DNA of 62,667 nucleotides, taken from a virus (lineage: Duplodnaviria; Caudoviricetes). Below are positions 19,303 to 28,486 of this stretch, piece by piece (position 1 is the first letter of the stretch; each line of letters opens with the position of its first letter). A model generated the notes under the pieces. It did no database searches. It saw only the letters and a list, made by a program, of their open reading frames with translations, and was not told where the DNA came from. The position numbers were made by a program, and so were the translations under genes. The stretch is taken from IMG/VR virus record IMGVR_UViG_3300012942_000003, positions 1-62,667 of that record; one strand, given 5' to 3'.

Positions 19303-20136
19303 ATGATGATGCACGATGCGGGCGATCGTCGAGAGACCTTCAAGCAGGCTTTCTCGGACATCGTTGAGGAGTGGTTTCGACAGAAGCCCTTCGACCGGGG
19401 CGAGGTACATGCCCAGAAGATCACCACTCCCGAGATGGTGACTCGAGAGCTGACCAACGTCACAGTGATTCTCGATGTGCCGAACTATGCTTCGGCTCTT
19501 CAGCACAATCTGGAGCCCAATCTGCCCTGGGCCGAGGATCACTTCAAGGAGCGAGTGGGAGGCGAGCCTCTCAATCCTCCCCCAGCCGAGGCCTGGTGGC
19601 CCTTCGCCCAGCAGGGCAACTCGGCTCACAAGAAGGGCGAGCTCTTCTCCCACACCTACCCGGAGCGATTCTGGCCGAAGGAGGCTGGCTGGGATCACAT
19701 CGACTCTGTCATCCCCCACTTCGGCATCAGGTTCCGCTACGGCGACCTGGGGGATGTGGTGGAGGTTCTTCGCAAGAACCCCAGATCTCGCCAGGCTTAC
19801 CTGCCCGTCTGGTTTCCCGAGGACTTGACCGCAAGTGTCCAGGGCGAGCGAGTCCCCTGCACCCTGGGATATCACTTCCTCCAGCATGCTGACGGCAAGC
19901 TTCACATGAACTACCACATGAGGAGCTGCGACCTGGTGAGGTTCTTCACCGACGATCTCTACATGGCCGCTCGGCTTCTTCAGTGGGTCTGCGAGAAGGT
20001 GGCTATGAGTCCGGGCACCCTCGAGATGCACATCGCCAACCTTCATGCCTTCCAGGGTGATGAGCACTGGCTCAGGCAGCGAATCCTCATTAAGACCGAC
20101 CCTCGTCAGAACTACAACTGGAGCGCGCTGGGATGA
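19303..20136 (+). CDS. ThyA-family enzyme, probably dCMP-directed (hydroxy)methylase
   Basis: YPER, SRQA, RVPCT, MRSCDLVRFFTDD and IANLHAF; Asp at the ThyA Asn177-equivalent position. Confidence 0.85.
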   Translation: MMMHDAGDRRETFKQAFSDIVEEWFRQKPFDRGEVHAQKITTPEMVTRELTNVTVILDVPNYASALQHNLEPNLPWAEDHFKERVGGEPLNPPPAEAWWPFAQQGNSAHKKGELFSHTYPERFWPKEAGWDHIDSVIPHFGIRFRYGDLGDVVEVLRKNPRSRQAYLPVWFPEDLTASVQGERVPCTLGYHFLQHADGKLHMNYHMRSCDLVRFFTDDLYMAARLLQWVCEKVAMSPGTLEMHIANLHAFQGDEHWLRQRILIKTDPRQNYNWSALG

Positions 20137-20555
20137 GAATGTCACGAGATGAGGCTCTGTTCGCCAACGCCGAGATCTGGGCTGAACGAAGCACCTGCGA
20201 CCGGCTTCACGTGGGCTGCGTGATCCATCGGAACGGCCGAACGTTGGTCACGGGCTACAATGGGGCTCCCCCAGGCATGAGTCACTGTCCCCCCAACCAC
20301 TCTCCCGACGACTGCCTCGCCGTCCATGCGGAGCAGAACGCCATCGCCTTCGCAGCTCGGTGGGGTGTGGAGCTCGAGGGTGCCGCCATCGTGGTGACTC
20401 ATCAGCCTTGCTTGAGCTGCGCTCGACTGGTGATCTCCAGCGGTCTGATCTCAGTCACCTACAAGCATCCTTACCGACTCATCGACGGGCTGCTGCTGCT
20501 GGAAGCCGCCGGCATCACGGTGACTCGGATCACTCCAGTCGATAGGATCGCTTAG
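20133..20555 (+). CDS. dCMP deaminase
   Basis: STC.R..VG, GYNG, HAEQNA and PCxxC motifs. Confidence 0.92.
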   Translation: MRMSRDEALFANAEIWAERSTCDRLHVGCVIHRNGRTLVTGYNGAPPGMSHCPPNHSPDDCLAVHAEQNAIAFAARWGVELEGAAIVVTHQPCLSCARLVISSGLISVTYKHPYRLIDGLLLLEAAGITVTRITPVDRIA

Positions 20556-23089
20556 TGACCCAGCTTCAACTCATCCGCGATCCTGACTGCGCCTTGTGCA
20601 AGCTGTGCGCCACTGCGGACAAGATCTGCCAGATGGGCTTCGGTAACCCTCGAGCCAACGTCATGGTCGTCAGCAAGATGTCGAACAGCGACGCCTGGCA
20701 GACGGAGCTGGAGTCTCAGCTGTCCGACGTCGGAGTGGATCTCGACGACGTCTACTGGTCCCAGGCGATCAAGTGTCGAACCTTCGACCAGGACGCCTCC
20801 AACGCCGACATCAAGGCCTGTAGAACCTACCTCGATCAAGAGATCGAGCAGGTGAAGCCCAAGTTCATTCTGGCCCTGGGCAACGAGGCGCTCCTCGCCA
20901 CCACCGGTAGATCGGGCATCACCAAGTATCGAGGACGAATCCACGATCGACCCGACGGCATCAAGGTCATTCCTACGATCTCCCCATCGGCGGTCAAGCG
21001 AAGCCCCGGCCAACTTCCGGGTTACTATGCGGACCTTCGACTCTTCGTCAACCAGGTGCTGGGCAGGAAGTCGGGCATCCGTAAACCTCGGTACGCGATC
21101 ATCGACGACCGAGAGAAGCTTGACATTCTCAAGCGAACTTTGCCTCGAGTCAAGGACTTCTGCTTCGACATCGAGACGGTGGATGACTACTACCAGAAGA
21201 CTGGCAAGATAGTCTCGCTGTCGGCGACCTGTGTCCTCGACGACGGCAAGCTCTTCGTGTTCGCTCTGCCCCTCTATCACCCCGAGTCGCCCTGGCGAAA
21301 GCGATGGAAGGCGGTGCTGGAGTACCTCAAGCCTGAGCTCGAGGCTCTTGAGCGAGTCACCGCTCACAACGGCTCATACGATGTGAAGTGGATGCGTTGG
21401 CATGGCATCCGGATGAGGTTCACATTCGACACCATGCTAGCCCTCCATCTGCTGAACGAGAACATCCAGAAGGGTCTCAAGCCGGCATGTCAGGCTCGAC
21501 TTGGAGTGGAGCCCTGGGGCATCGACACCAAGTATCTTCTCGACAAGCCCCTGCTGGCCATTCTCGAGTACAACGTTCTCGACACCTGGTACATGTACCA
21601 CCTCAAGCTACAGGTGGTCGAGGAGCTGGCGGCTCAGCCCATGCTGGTCAAAGTGTTCAAGTTCGTGATGATGGACGGGGTCAACGACCTGGTGGACTCC
21701 GAGATGCGAGGCATCTACATCGACGTCGAGCGACTCATCGAACGAACCCCCATCGCTCAAGCCAAGCTCGAGGAGATCGAGGCTGACGTTCTCGAGAAGG
21801 CTGGGCTTCAGAAGGATGGGCGACTGCTCACCCCCGATCAGCCCGATGGTGTGGAAGATTGGCCAGTTGCCAAGGTTCTCAAGACTCGAGGACCCGTCTA
21901 CTCCACCCCCAACCTCAATGCCTCCAACTTCGCCAAGTGGATGCTGTTCGATCACTGTGGTTTGCCCATCATCTCGAGGGGCAAGGACAAGCCCGATGGT
22001 TCTCCGGGCGACCCCAGCATGGCCGAAGACGTGATGCTGGAGCTCCGGTCATCTCACCCGGTGGTGCAGCCCATGCTTGACCGAGTCGAGTGGCAGAAGA
22101 TGCTCTCCGCCTTTCTTCTGCCCTACGCCGAGCTGTATGACGAGGATCACCGAATCCACACCAACTTCAAGATGGCGGGCACAGTCACCGGTCGTCTCAG
22201 CTCGGGCAAGAACGACGAGGACAAGATCTCCGTAGGCAAGGGCAAGGTTCGAGGAGTCAATCTCCAGCAAGTTCCTCGGAACCCCTTCATTCGAGGCCTG
22301 TTTGGAGCACCTCCCGGTTGGTCCTTCGTCGAGTGCGACTACTCCCAGATCGAGCTGCGCATCGCTGCGTTCCTCAGTCGTGACCCAACCATGCTTCAGC
22401 TCTATCGCATGGGCGCTGACATTCACAAGTCCACCGCTGCCACGGTTCTGGGTATCCCCGAGAGCCAGGTCAGCAAGGACGACCGCAAGAAGGCCAAGGC
22501 CGTCAACTTCGGCTTTGTCTATGGCATGGGATGGAAGAAGTTCATCGAGACGGCCTTCACAAAGTACCAGGCGGTATTCACCGAGGAAGAGGCCAAGGCA
22601 GTGCGAGAGGCTTACTTCCGTCAGTTCGACGGACTGCTTCCCTGGCACGGCAGGCAGCGTAACCTGGTCAACAAGTATGGTCGAGTGCAGTCGCCTCTGG
22701 GTCGAATCCGTCACCTCCCCGACATCTACTCGCCCGACAAGGAGGTCCGAGCCGAGGCCGAGCGCCAGGCGATCAACTCGCCCGTTCAGAGCTTCGGGTC
22801 TGACCTCGCGGTCATGAGCATGGTGGAGATCAACAAGCGGTTCCGCAAGCTCGGCCTCGCCGGGCATTGTGTGGGATTGGTTCACGACGCGGTCAACTAT
22901 GAGATCAGGAACGACTGTCTCAGGGAGGCCCTTCCCATCATCCAGGACACCATGGAGGACATGAGCCGGCTCGAGCGCAGGTTCGGGGTTCACGTCGACA
23001 TTCCGATCTTGGCCGACATCAAGGTGGGCACCCGATGGGGTGACGCTCGAGAACTGACTCGAGAAGAAGTCCACGACTGGGCCGCGTGA
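20555..23089 (+). CDS. DNA polymerase family A with N-terminal UDG family-4-like domain
   Basis: CxxCxLC...KCR...C N-terminus; DIET exonuclease motif; TGRLSS, DYSQIELR, KAVNFGFVYG and VHD motifs. Confidence 0.95.
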   Translation: MTQLQLIRDPDCALCKLCATADKICQMGFGNPRANVMVVSKMSNSDAWQTELESQLSDVGVDLDDVYWSQAIKCRTFDQDASNADIKACRTYLDQEIEQVKPKFILALGNEALLATTGRSGITKYRGRIHDRPDGIKVIPTISPSAVKRSPGQLPGYYADLRLFVNQVLGRKSGIRKPRYAIIDDREKLDILKRTLPRVKDFCFDIETVDDYYQKTGKIVSLSATCVLDDGKLFVFALPLYHPESPWRKRWKAVLEYLKPELEALERVTAHNGSYDVKWMRWHGIRMRFTFDTMLALHLLNENIQKGLKPACQARLGVEPWGIDTKYLLDKPLLAILEYNVLDTWYMYHLKLQVVEELAAQPMLVKVFKFVMMDGVNDLVDSEMRGIYIDVERLIERTPIAQAKLEEIEADVLEKAGLQKDGRLLTPDQPDGVEDWPVAKVLKTRGPVYSTPNLNASNFAKWMLFDHCGLPIISRGKDKPDGSPGDPSMAEDVMLELRSSHPVVQPMLDRVEWQKMLSAFLLPYAELYDEDHRIHTNFKMAGTVTGRLSSGKNDEDKISVGKGKVRGVNLQQVPRNPFIRGLFGAPPGWSFVECDYSQIELRIAAFLSRDPTMLQLYRMGADIHKSTAATVLGIPESQVSKDDRKKAKAVNFGFVYGMGWKKFIETAFTKYQAVFTEEEAKAVREAYFRQFDGLLPWHGRQRNLVNKYGRVQSPLGRIRHLPDIYSPDKEVRAEAERQAINSPVQSFGSDLAVMSMVEINKRFRKLGLAGHCVGLVHDAVNYEIRNDCLREALPIIQDTMEDMSRLERRFGVHVDIPILADIKVGTRWGDARELTREEVHDWAA

Positions 23090-23118
23090 TTGACTGCTCG
23101 TTGTTGTTCTGATAGATT
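23090..23118 (+). promoter_or_regulatory. Promoter for the recombination operon
   Basis: TTGACT-N17-TAGATT. Confidence 0.62.
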
Positions 23119-23145
23119 ATCCCATACCGACCGAGGAGGAACCTG

Positions 23146-24321
23146 ATGATGGCGACAGCTCGGCAGCTCGACTTCAGCAAGGTCGATCTGCACGATCCCC
23201 AAATGACACCCAAGCCTGTCGTGTCGGAGCACCCGCTGATGAAGTTCGTCGGTCCGAAGCCTCTCTACCCCGACCCCGATTCGGGACTTCCGATCCTGAC
23301 CAACTCTATGATGAGCGCCTTCCGACGTTGCATCAAGCAGGCGGAGTACAAGTACTACCACCGGCTCAAGCCGAAGATGCTGGGCAAGCCTCTCAAGCGA
23401 GGTACCTGGGTTCACTCTCTGCTCGAGGAAGATGCTCGCGGGGGTGACTGGAGGCTGCTCCACACCAAGCTGACCAAGCAGTTCGACAACCTCTTCGACG
23501 AGGAGAAGGAGTTCTACGGCGACTTGCCGAACGAGATCCTCGCTCTCATGGAGGCGTACTTCTGGCACTACAAGCAGGATCCCTGGACCTATCACGAGGT
23601 CGAGCTGGAGCTCACCGCCGAGCTGAACGGCATCAAGATCCGCATCAAGTTCGACGCGCTCGTGGAGAACCAGTGGGGCCTCTGGTTGGTGGATCACAAG
23701 ACTCACAAGACTCTGCCCAAGCTCGAGTACCGCATGCTCGACACCCAGTCTCCTCTCTACATCTGGGTGGCTCATCAGAACAACATCCCGGTCAACGGCT
23801 TCATCTGGAACTACATCAAGTGGAAGCCTCCGACTATGCCCAAGCTGGTGTACAAGGGCCAGGCTCGTCAGCGACTGAGCCTCCAGGACATCGAGACCGA
23901 CTACCCCACGTACATCCGAGCTCTCAAGCAGTTCCGTGACGAGGATGGCTTGGTCATCACCCAGGACTACAAGGACAAGGCCAAGTACCTCAAGAGCCTT
24001 CAGTACGAGCCGGGACGAACTCAGGCCTCGCCCTTCTTCCGAAGGGACGTCATGGAGAAGTCGGACGACATGATCGGTCGAGTGCTCAAGGAGGCTCACC
24101 GCACGGCTTCCCGAATGAACTCCTACGACTTCACGGATCCCGATGCGGTCGAGCGCACCGTCGGTCGTCACTGCGAGTTCATGTGCAGCTACAAGGACAT
24201 CTGCTCGATGGAGCTTCTGGGCGCCAACACCCGACCTCTGCTTCGTCAGAACTATGAGGTCGGCGATCCGCTGAGCTACTACCACGACCGAGCCGGGGAC
24301 ATCGAAGGAAAGGAAGAGTAG
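23146..24321 (+). CDS. PD-(D/E)XK exonuclease (RecB/Cas4-like)
   Basis: S..SAF.RC, GTWVH, D...VDHKT, Q..LY and C-terminal CEFMCSYKDIC. Confidence 0.88.
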   Translation: MMATARQLDFSKVDLHDPQMTPKPVVSEHPLMKFVGPKPLYPDPDSGLPILTNSMMSAFRRCIKQAEYKYYHRLKPKMLGKPLKRGTWVHSLLEEDARGGDWRLLHTKLTKQFDNLFDEEKEFYGDLPNEILALMEAYFWHYKQDPWTYHEVELELTAELNGIKIRIKFDALVENQWGLWLVDHKTHKTLPKLEYRMLDTQSPLYIWVAHQNNIPVNGFIWNYIKWKPPTMPKLVYKGQARQRLSLQDIETDYPTYIRALKQFRDEDGLVITQDYKDKAKYLKSLQYEPGRTQASPFFRRDVMEKSDDMIGRVLKEAHRTASRMNSYDFTDPDAVERTVGRHCEFMCSYKDICSMELLGANTRPLLRQNYEVGDPLSYYHDRAGDIEGKEE

Positions 24322-24323
24322 AG

Positions 24324-25169
24324 GTGCCAGAGAAGGACTACCGCAAGATCGCGGCCGGCAAGATCTCCCGGCCCGCTGATCTCAAGCGGATGCCGAGGCT
24401 GTTGGTGTACAGCCGCAACAAGAAGGGCAAGACCACCTTCAGCATGTCTGCTGGTGTGGGAAAGACTCTCGTCCTCGACCCCGAGCAGGGTACTGACGAG
24501 ATGAAGTCGAAGAACCCCCACCGCTGGCCCATCCAGCGATGGGAGGACATCGACGATGCCTACGAGTACCTGAGGCACGTCAACGAGTGCCCGATGCCCG
24601 ACTGTGAGTTCGGCAAGGGTCACCCGTTCGAGTGGGTCTCGGTGGATGGACTCACCAAGATGAGCAACATGTCGCTCAAGTACGTCATGAAGATGGAGGA
24701 GGAGAAGAGCCTCACTCGCATCCCCGGCTTCGTCCAGCAGCGCGACTATGGCAAGTCGGGTGAGCTGATGAAGGACGTGCTCATCAAGTTTCACAATCTT
24801 CCCCTGGGCATCGTGTTTACCGCCCAGGAGAGGCAGGTCGAGCCTGAGGACTCGGAGGAGGACGAGGACTACGAGGGTGTCACCTCGAGCTACGTCCCCG
24901 ACCTTCCGAAGAGCGTCAGAGGCGCGGCCAACGCCATCGTGGATGTCATCGGACGCATCTATGTGGTCAAGAACGACGAGACCGACCCGCCCAAGAAGGA
25001 GCGACGGCTCTGGATCGGTGAGTCGTCTCGGTACGACACGGGGTACCGATCGGATTTCGTGTTGCCTGACTACATCGTCAATCCGACGATTCCGAGGGTG
25101 GTCTCCATGATGAGAACCGGGCAGCTCCCGGTCAAGAAGAGGGCTTCGGCCCCGACAAGGAAGAGGTAA
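24324..25169 (+). CDS. AAA_24/Sak4-like recombinase ATPase
   Basis: Y...KKGKTT Walker A, LDPEQG, VDGLT, RDYG; sits in an exonuclease-Sak4-SSB context. Confidence 0.82.
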   Translation: MPEKDYRKIAAGKISRPADLKRMPRLLVYSRNKKGKTTFSMSAGVGKTLVLDPEQGTDEMKSKNPHRWPIQRWEDIDDAYEYLRHVNECPMPDCEFGKGHPFEWVSVDGLTKMSNMSLKYVMKMEEEKSLTRIPGFVQQRDYGKSGELMKDVLIKFHNLPLGIVFTAQERQVEPEDSEEDEDYEGVTSSYVPDLPKSVRGAANAIVDVIGRIYVVKNDETDPPKKERRLWIGESSRYDTGYRSDFVLPDYIVNPTIPRVVSMMRTGQLPVKKRASAPTRKR

Positions 25170-25172
25170 CCA

Positions 25173-26033
25173 ATGGCTGAGGCAGCCAAGAAGGCGTCGG
25201 TTCACAACGTCGACTTCAGCAACGTCAGGGAGCGGGGCAACTTCAACCCGAAGCATGTTCCCGAGGGCGACTACGCCGCCAAGATCGTCAAGGTCGAGGA
25301 CGGCGAGTCGAAGAAGGACGGCTCCTTCCAGTACATCTTCACCTTCAAGCTCAAGAAGTACTCGCAGGTCTCGTACCCGTACTACTGCAAGCTCGAGGAG
25401 AACCAGCTCTGGAAGCTCCGCAACCTGCTCGTCGCCGCCGGCATGAACGTCCCGAAGTCGAAGCTCAAGCTCGACCCCAACAAGGTCGTCGGCAAGGAGG
25501 TCGGCGTCACGATGGAGGACGACGAGTACGAGGGCAAGATGAAGTCGATCATCGCCTCGGTCTTCCCCATCAGCGAGCTCGCCGACACCGACGACGAGGA
25601 CTCGGAGTCGAGCTACGACGAGGACGCCGAGGACGACGACTCGGAGGAGCCGGACGAGGAGGAGGCTCCCGCCCCCAAGGCCAAGAAGAAGGCCGCACCC
25701 GTCGTCGAGGAGGACGACGAGGAGGAGGAGGACGAGGTCGAAGATGAGGAGGAGGCCGACGAGGGTGACCAGTTCGACGACATGGACCGCACCGCTCTGA
25801 AGAACTACATCCGCGGGATCGACCCCGAGTTCATCGCCAAGAAGGCCCAGTCCGACGACGACCTCCGAGTCGTGGCTCGCGGCATGAGCGCCTCCGAGGA
25901 TGAGGAGGACGACGAGGAGGAGGAGGACGAGGAGCCCGCCCCGGCCCCGAAGAAGAAGGCGTCGAAGAAGGCGGCCCCGAAGCCGGCCGACGACGACGAG
26001 GAGTACGACGAGATCGACATCAGCGAGCTCTGA
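25173..26033 (+). CDS. ssDNA-binding protein (DUF669-like) with long acidic tail
   Basis: VPEGDY..KI..VE, WKLRNLL.A.G and EYEGK motifs; D/E-rich C-terminus. Confidence 0.82.
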   Translation: MAEAAKKASVHNVDFSNVRERGNFNPKHVPEGDYAAKIVKVEDGESKKDGSFQYIFTFKLKKYSQVSYPYYCKLEENQLWKLRNLLVAAGMNVPKSKLKLDPNKVVGKEVGVTMEDDEYEGKMKSIIASVFPISELADTDDEDSESSYDEDAEDDDSEEPDEEEAPAPKAKKKAAPVVEEDDEEEEDEVEDEEEADEGDQFDDMDRTALKNYIRGIDPEFIAKKAQSDDDLRVVARGMSASEDEEDDEEEEDEEPAPAPKKKASKKAAPKPADDDEEYDEIDISEL

Positions 26034-26050
26034 TTCCTCCAACCCAGAAA

Positions 26051-26084
26051 CTCGGCCGGGGCTCTCACCAGGGCCTCGGCCGAG
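26051..26084 (+). terminator. Hairpin after the SSB gene
   Basis: CTCGGCCGGGGC...GCCTCGGCCGAG inverted repeat. Confidence 0.5.
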
Positions 26085-26102
26085 GCCTCGGAGAAGACTG
26101 CC

Positions 26103-26132
26103 TTGACGACTTGACTCCTCGAGTCTAGCATA
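26103..26132 (+). promoter_or_regulatory. Sigma70-type promoter
   Basis: TTGACG-N18-TAGCAT. Confidence 0.6.
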
Positions 26133-26236
26133 TCTCCGAAGGCAGCGGGCGAGCTGTTCTCCAGGGGCCACCCAGCTCCTCTCCTCGGTCGGGAAGTTCT
26201 TGCTGGGTGGCCCCACTTCAGCGTTCAGGAGAAACC

Positions 26237-26539
26237 ATGTCCACACAGCCCGAGTCGAAGCTGAGCAGGAAGATCCAGAAGGCTCTTAGGCTGGAGGGCT
26301 GGTTCTGCTTCAAGGTTCACGGCAGCGCGCTGATGATGAGCGGTCTCCCCGATCTCGTGGTATGTGCCGAGGGCAAGTTCATCGGGCTCGAGACGAAGAT
26401 GCCTGAGAAGCGATCCAACACCTCCCCAGCGCAGCGTCTTCGGCATGCTCAGATTCGTGACGCTGGGGGCTGGGTGTATGTGGTCACCTCAGTCGAGGAG
26501 GCGGTCGAGTCAGTTCGTGAAGCGCTCAGGAGCTGCTGA
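26237..26539 (+). CDS. VRR-NUC nuclease (Holliday junction resolvase-like)
   Basis: ES.L...I, GLPDL, FIGLETK and S..Q motifs. Confidence 0.88.
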   Translation: MSTQPESKLSRKIQKALRLEGWFCFKVHGSALMMSGLPDLVVCAEGKFIGLETKMPEKRSNTSPAQRLRHAQIRDAGGWVYVVTSVEEAVESVREALRSC

Positions 26540-26815
26540 GGCCTCGAACTCGTTGGAGCTCCGCACTCGCTAGGTCGACGGGGTCATCCGGACACTCCAG
26601 ACATCCCCGGCTTGATCTCCGAACGTCAGGACTCAGAACCTCCCATAACTCTCGATCGTCGATCGCGGAGTCAAGAGATCCTTGGAAAGTCCCCAATGAC
26701 CTGAGGTATGATGATCGCATGATCGCGCATCATCATCATCCCGGTCATCCTAAAGAGCATTAGGGATCGCCTCATGCGCATCCCGTCGCGCATTGATCGA
26801 GCGATGATCGAGGGG

Positions 26816-26989
26816 TCATCCCAGCCAGATGTTGCAGAAGCCGTTCAGGGTGTGGAGAATGCGCTCGATGTTGATGTTGTGGCTGAGCTGGTGCCAGTAG
26901 AACGAGCAGAAGCTCTGCTTGTGGTGAGGGTGGCCGTAGTACCGGAGGATGATGCTCAGGAGCCAGGATGTCGTGTACCAGTCAGGCAT
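26816..26989 (-). CDS. Small hypothetical protein (57 aa, MPDWYTTSW...)
   Basis: Open frame with good codon usage, overlapping the upstream stop. Confidence 0.55.
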   Translation of the reverse strand: MPDWYTTSWLLSIILRYYGHPHHKQSFCSFYWHQLSHNINIERILHTLNGFCNIWLG

Positions 26990-27320
26990 CGTCGTCCTCG
27001 TCTCTCTGGTTCTCCCAACCCTCGATGAGCGGGTCGGGGGTCAACTCAGCGCCCCACTGGAAGAGTTCCCAGTGAACCGAGAGGGTGACGGTGAATCCGT
27101 CGCCGGGGATCATCAGGTCCTGAACCAACCCGTCCTCACTCATGATGATCTCCTGATCGAGGTACGTCATGAACGCCCCCATGGCGTCGCCCAAGTCATG
27201 GGACTCGAGGCCTCCGGAGAGCTGCTCGGCCAGGTTGATGAGAGCTTCAGCATCGGGCGCGTCGGTCTTCAGCTGGTAGACGCGCTCAGCTCGGCAGGTG
27301 TGGAAGTCTTCGTCAGTCAT
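26982..27320 (-). CDS. Acidic hypothetical protein
   Basis: GAGGAGG RBS before MTDEDF. Confidence 0.7.
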   Translation of the reverse strand: MTDEDFHTCRAERVYQLKTDAPDAEALINLAEQLSGGLESHDLGDAMGAFMTYLDQEIIMSEDGLVQDLMIPGDGFTVTLSVHWELFQWGAELTPDPLIEGWENQRDEDDDA

Positions 27321-27425
27321 CAGTTCCTCCTCGTGCGGGGTTGATTGATCGCATATGACCATGATATATGACGGGGTTGAACACCGCAACGGTTTTGGTA
27401 CACCAAGTCACAGCCGAACGGAAGA

Positions 27426-27566
27426 CCGGACCCCCTCAACCAGCAGCGTCGTCAAGGGGGTCCGGGGATCATGGAAGTTGAGGTCCAGCTCAGCCGGGGA
27501 GATGTGGGCTCGTACTCGGGTGTACCGACTGAGCCGGACCGGTCAACTACTGATATTCAGTTGTGA
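27426..27566 (-). ncRNA. Candidate small structured RNA or leader
   Basis: Own promoter; 16-bp stem with minus-strand G-U pairs plus a 6-bp extension; second 11-bp hairpin; no credible ORF. Confidence 0.5.
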
Positions 27567-27572
27567 GAGATA

Positions 27573-27602
27573 CTCTAGGGCAGAGTCGCCCTCGAAGTCA
27601 AG
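27573..27602 (-). promoter_or_regulatory. Leftward promoter driving the candidate sRNA
   Basis: TTGACT-N18-TAGAGT on the minus strand. Confidence 0.6.
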
Positions 27603-27801
27603 GCATCCCATCACCATGATGGCCAGCGATTCTGGGAACTTCAGATTGAACTTCAGATCATCATCGCATGATCGCTCGCTCGCATGATGCCGGTCGATCT
27701 TTGGCTCCCCAGAATGATCCCGAGAATGACCCTCGCATCGCGCATGATCGCGCATCGCGGGGGCATGACACGACAGTGCCCCCTTTCGGGGGCCACTGTA
27801 C

Positions 27802-28323
27802 TCAGTGCTTCTTGGTCTTGCGCTGCCACCAGCGCTTCTTCCTGACCGGAACCTGGTCGATCCAGACCTGGGGGAGCAGGATCTGACGGTTGCCCGTGAG
27901 GATCTCGAGCATCTGGGGGGTCATCCGGATGTCCCCCGAGGCCGCCCGAGCCTTGATCTTGTCCAGCTGAACTGCCCTCTCGTGAAGGCTGCCGAAGTCG
28001 TTGGACTCGTTGTCGTCGACGAACCGGATGTGAGCTCCCCCGGGAAGTTCGAAGAAGCTGCCGAGAGCAGGGTGAAGGGGTTCCGGAGGCTTCGGTCGGT
28101 AACCCAGCAGGGGGAGGTCGGAGTCGATGAGCCGGTCGAACAGGGCTTCCTTGAGACCCTCCTCGGTGGTGTGGATCTCCCACACCCGAAGGGCGGTCGT
28201 GAGGTTGCAGTGGCAGTAGGTCTTCGAGGAGTCGAGCTTGCGGTAGCAGGCGCCGCACCGGGAGCACATGGACTCGAAGTAGACGGCGTGGTCTTCGATG
28301 CGGGGTTCAGCGGCGAGGGTCAT
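27802..28323 (-). CDS. Hypothetical protein with N-terminal Cys motif
   Basis: CSRCG...CHC; coding-like composition. Confidence 0.7.
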   Translation of the reverse strand: MTLAAEPRIEDHAVYFESMCSRCGACYRKLDSSKTYCHCNLTTALRVWEIHTTEEGLKEALFDRLIDSDLPLLGYRPKPPEPLHPALGSFFELPGGAHIRFVDDNESNDFGSLHERAVQLDKIKARAASGDIRMTPQMLEILTGNRQILLPQVWIDQVPVRKKRWWQRKTKKH

Positions 28324-28486
28324 TGCAGTTCTCTCTCTTGTCGTGCCATGAGTCGATCATGGTTCGGGCCGCGGGCACTGAGCCGGCGGAATCCAGGTAT
28401 GCTTCGTCCTGGAAGATCAGGGCTCCACCATCCCGCAAGGAGACTATGCGGTAGCCTCGATACTCGTCGTTCTGGTGGAAGTTCAC
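28307..28486 (-). CDS. Small hypothetical protein (YRGY...IDxW)
   Basis: GTGA overlap; resembles 39282..39497. Confidence 0.6.
   Translation of the reverse strand: MNFHQNDEYRGYRIVSLRDGGALIFQDEAYLDSAGSVPAARTMIDSWHDKRENCNDPRR

Noticed and set aside
18178-20145. Long antisense ORFs (655 aa here; also 24279..26246, 14888..16498, 58474..60913)
   Set aside because: They are shadows of high-GC sense genes, with no motifs or RBS
20555-23089. Intein or intron in the polymerase, helicase or terminase
   Set aside because: Lengths and motif spacing are normal, with no splice motifs or homing endonuclease insert
23146-24321. Cas4-like nuclease as a CRISPR component
   Set aside because: It lies in the standard exonuclease-Sak4-SSB recombination module
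25590-26030. GAG/GAC-rich low-complexity tracts (also 12735-12780 and 58545-58640)
   Set aside because: They encode acidic tails of the SSB, HTH and scaffold proteins
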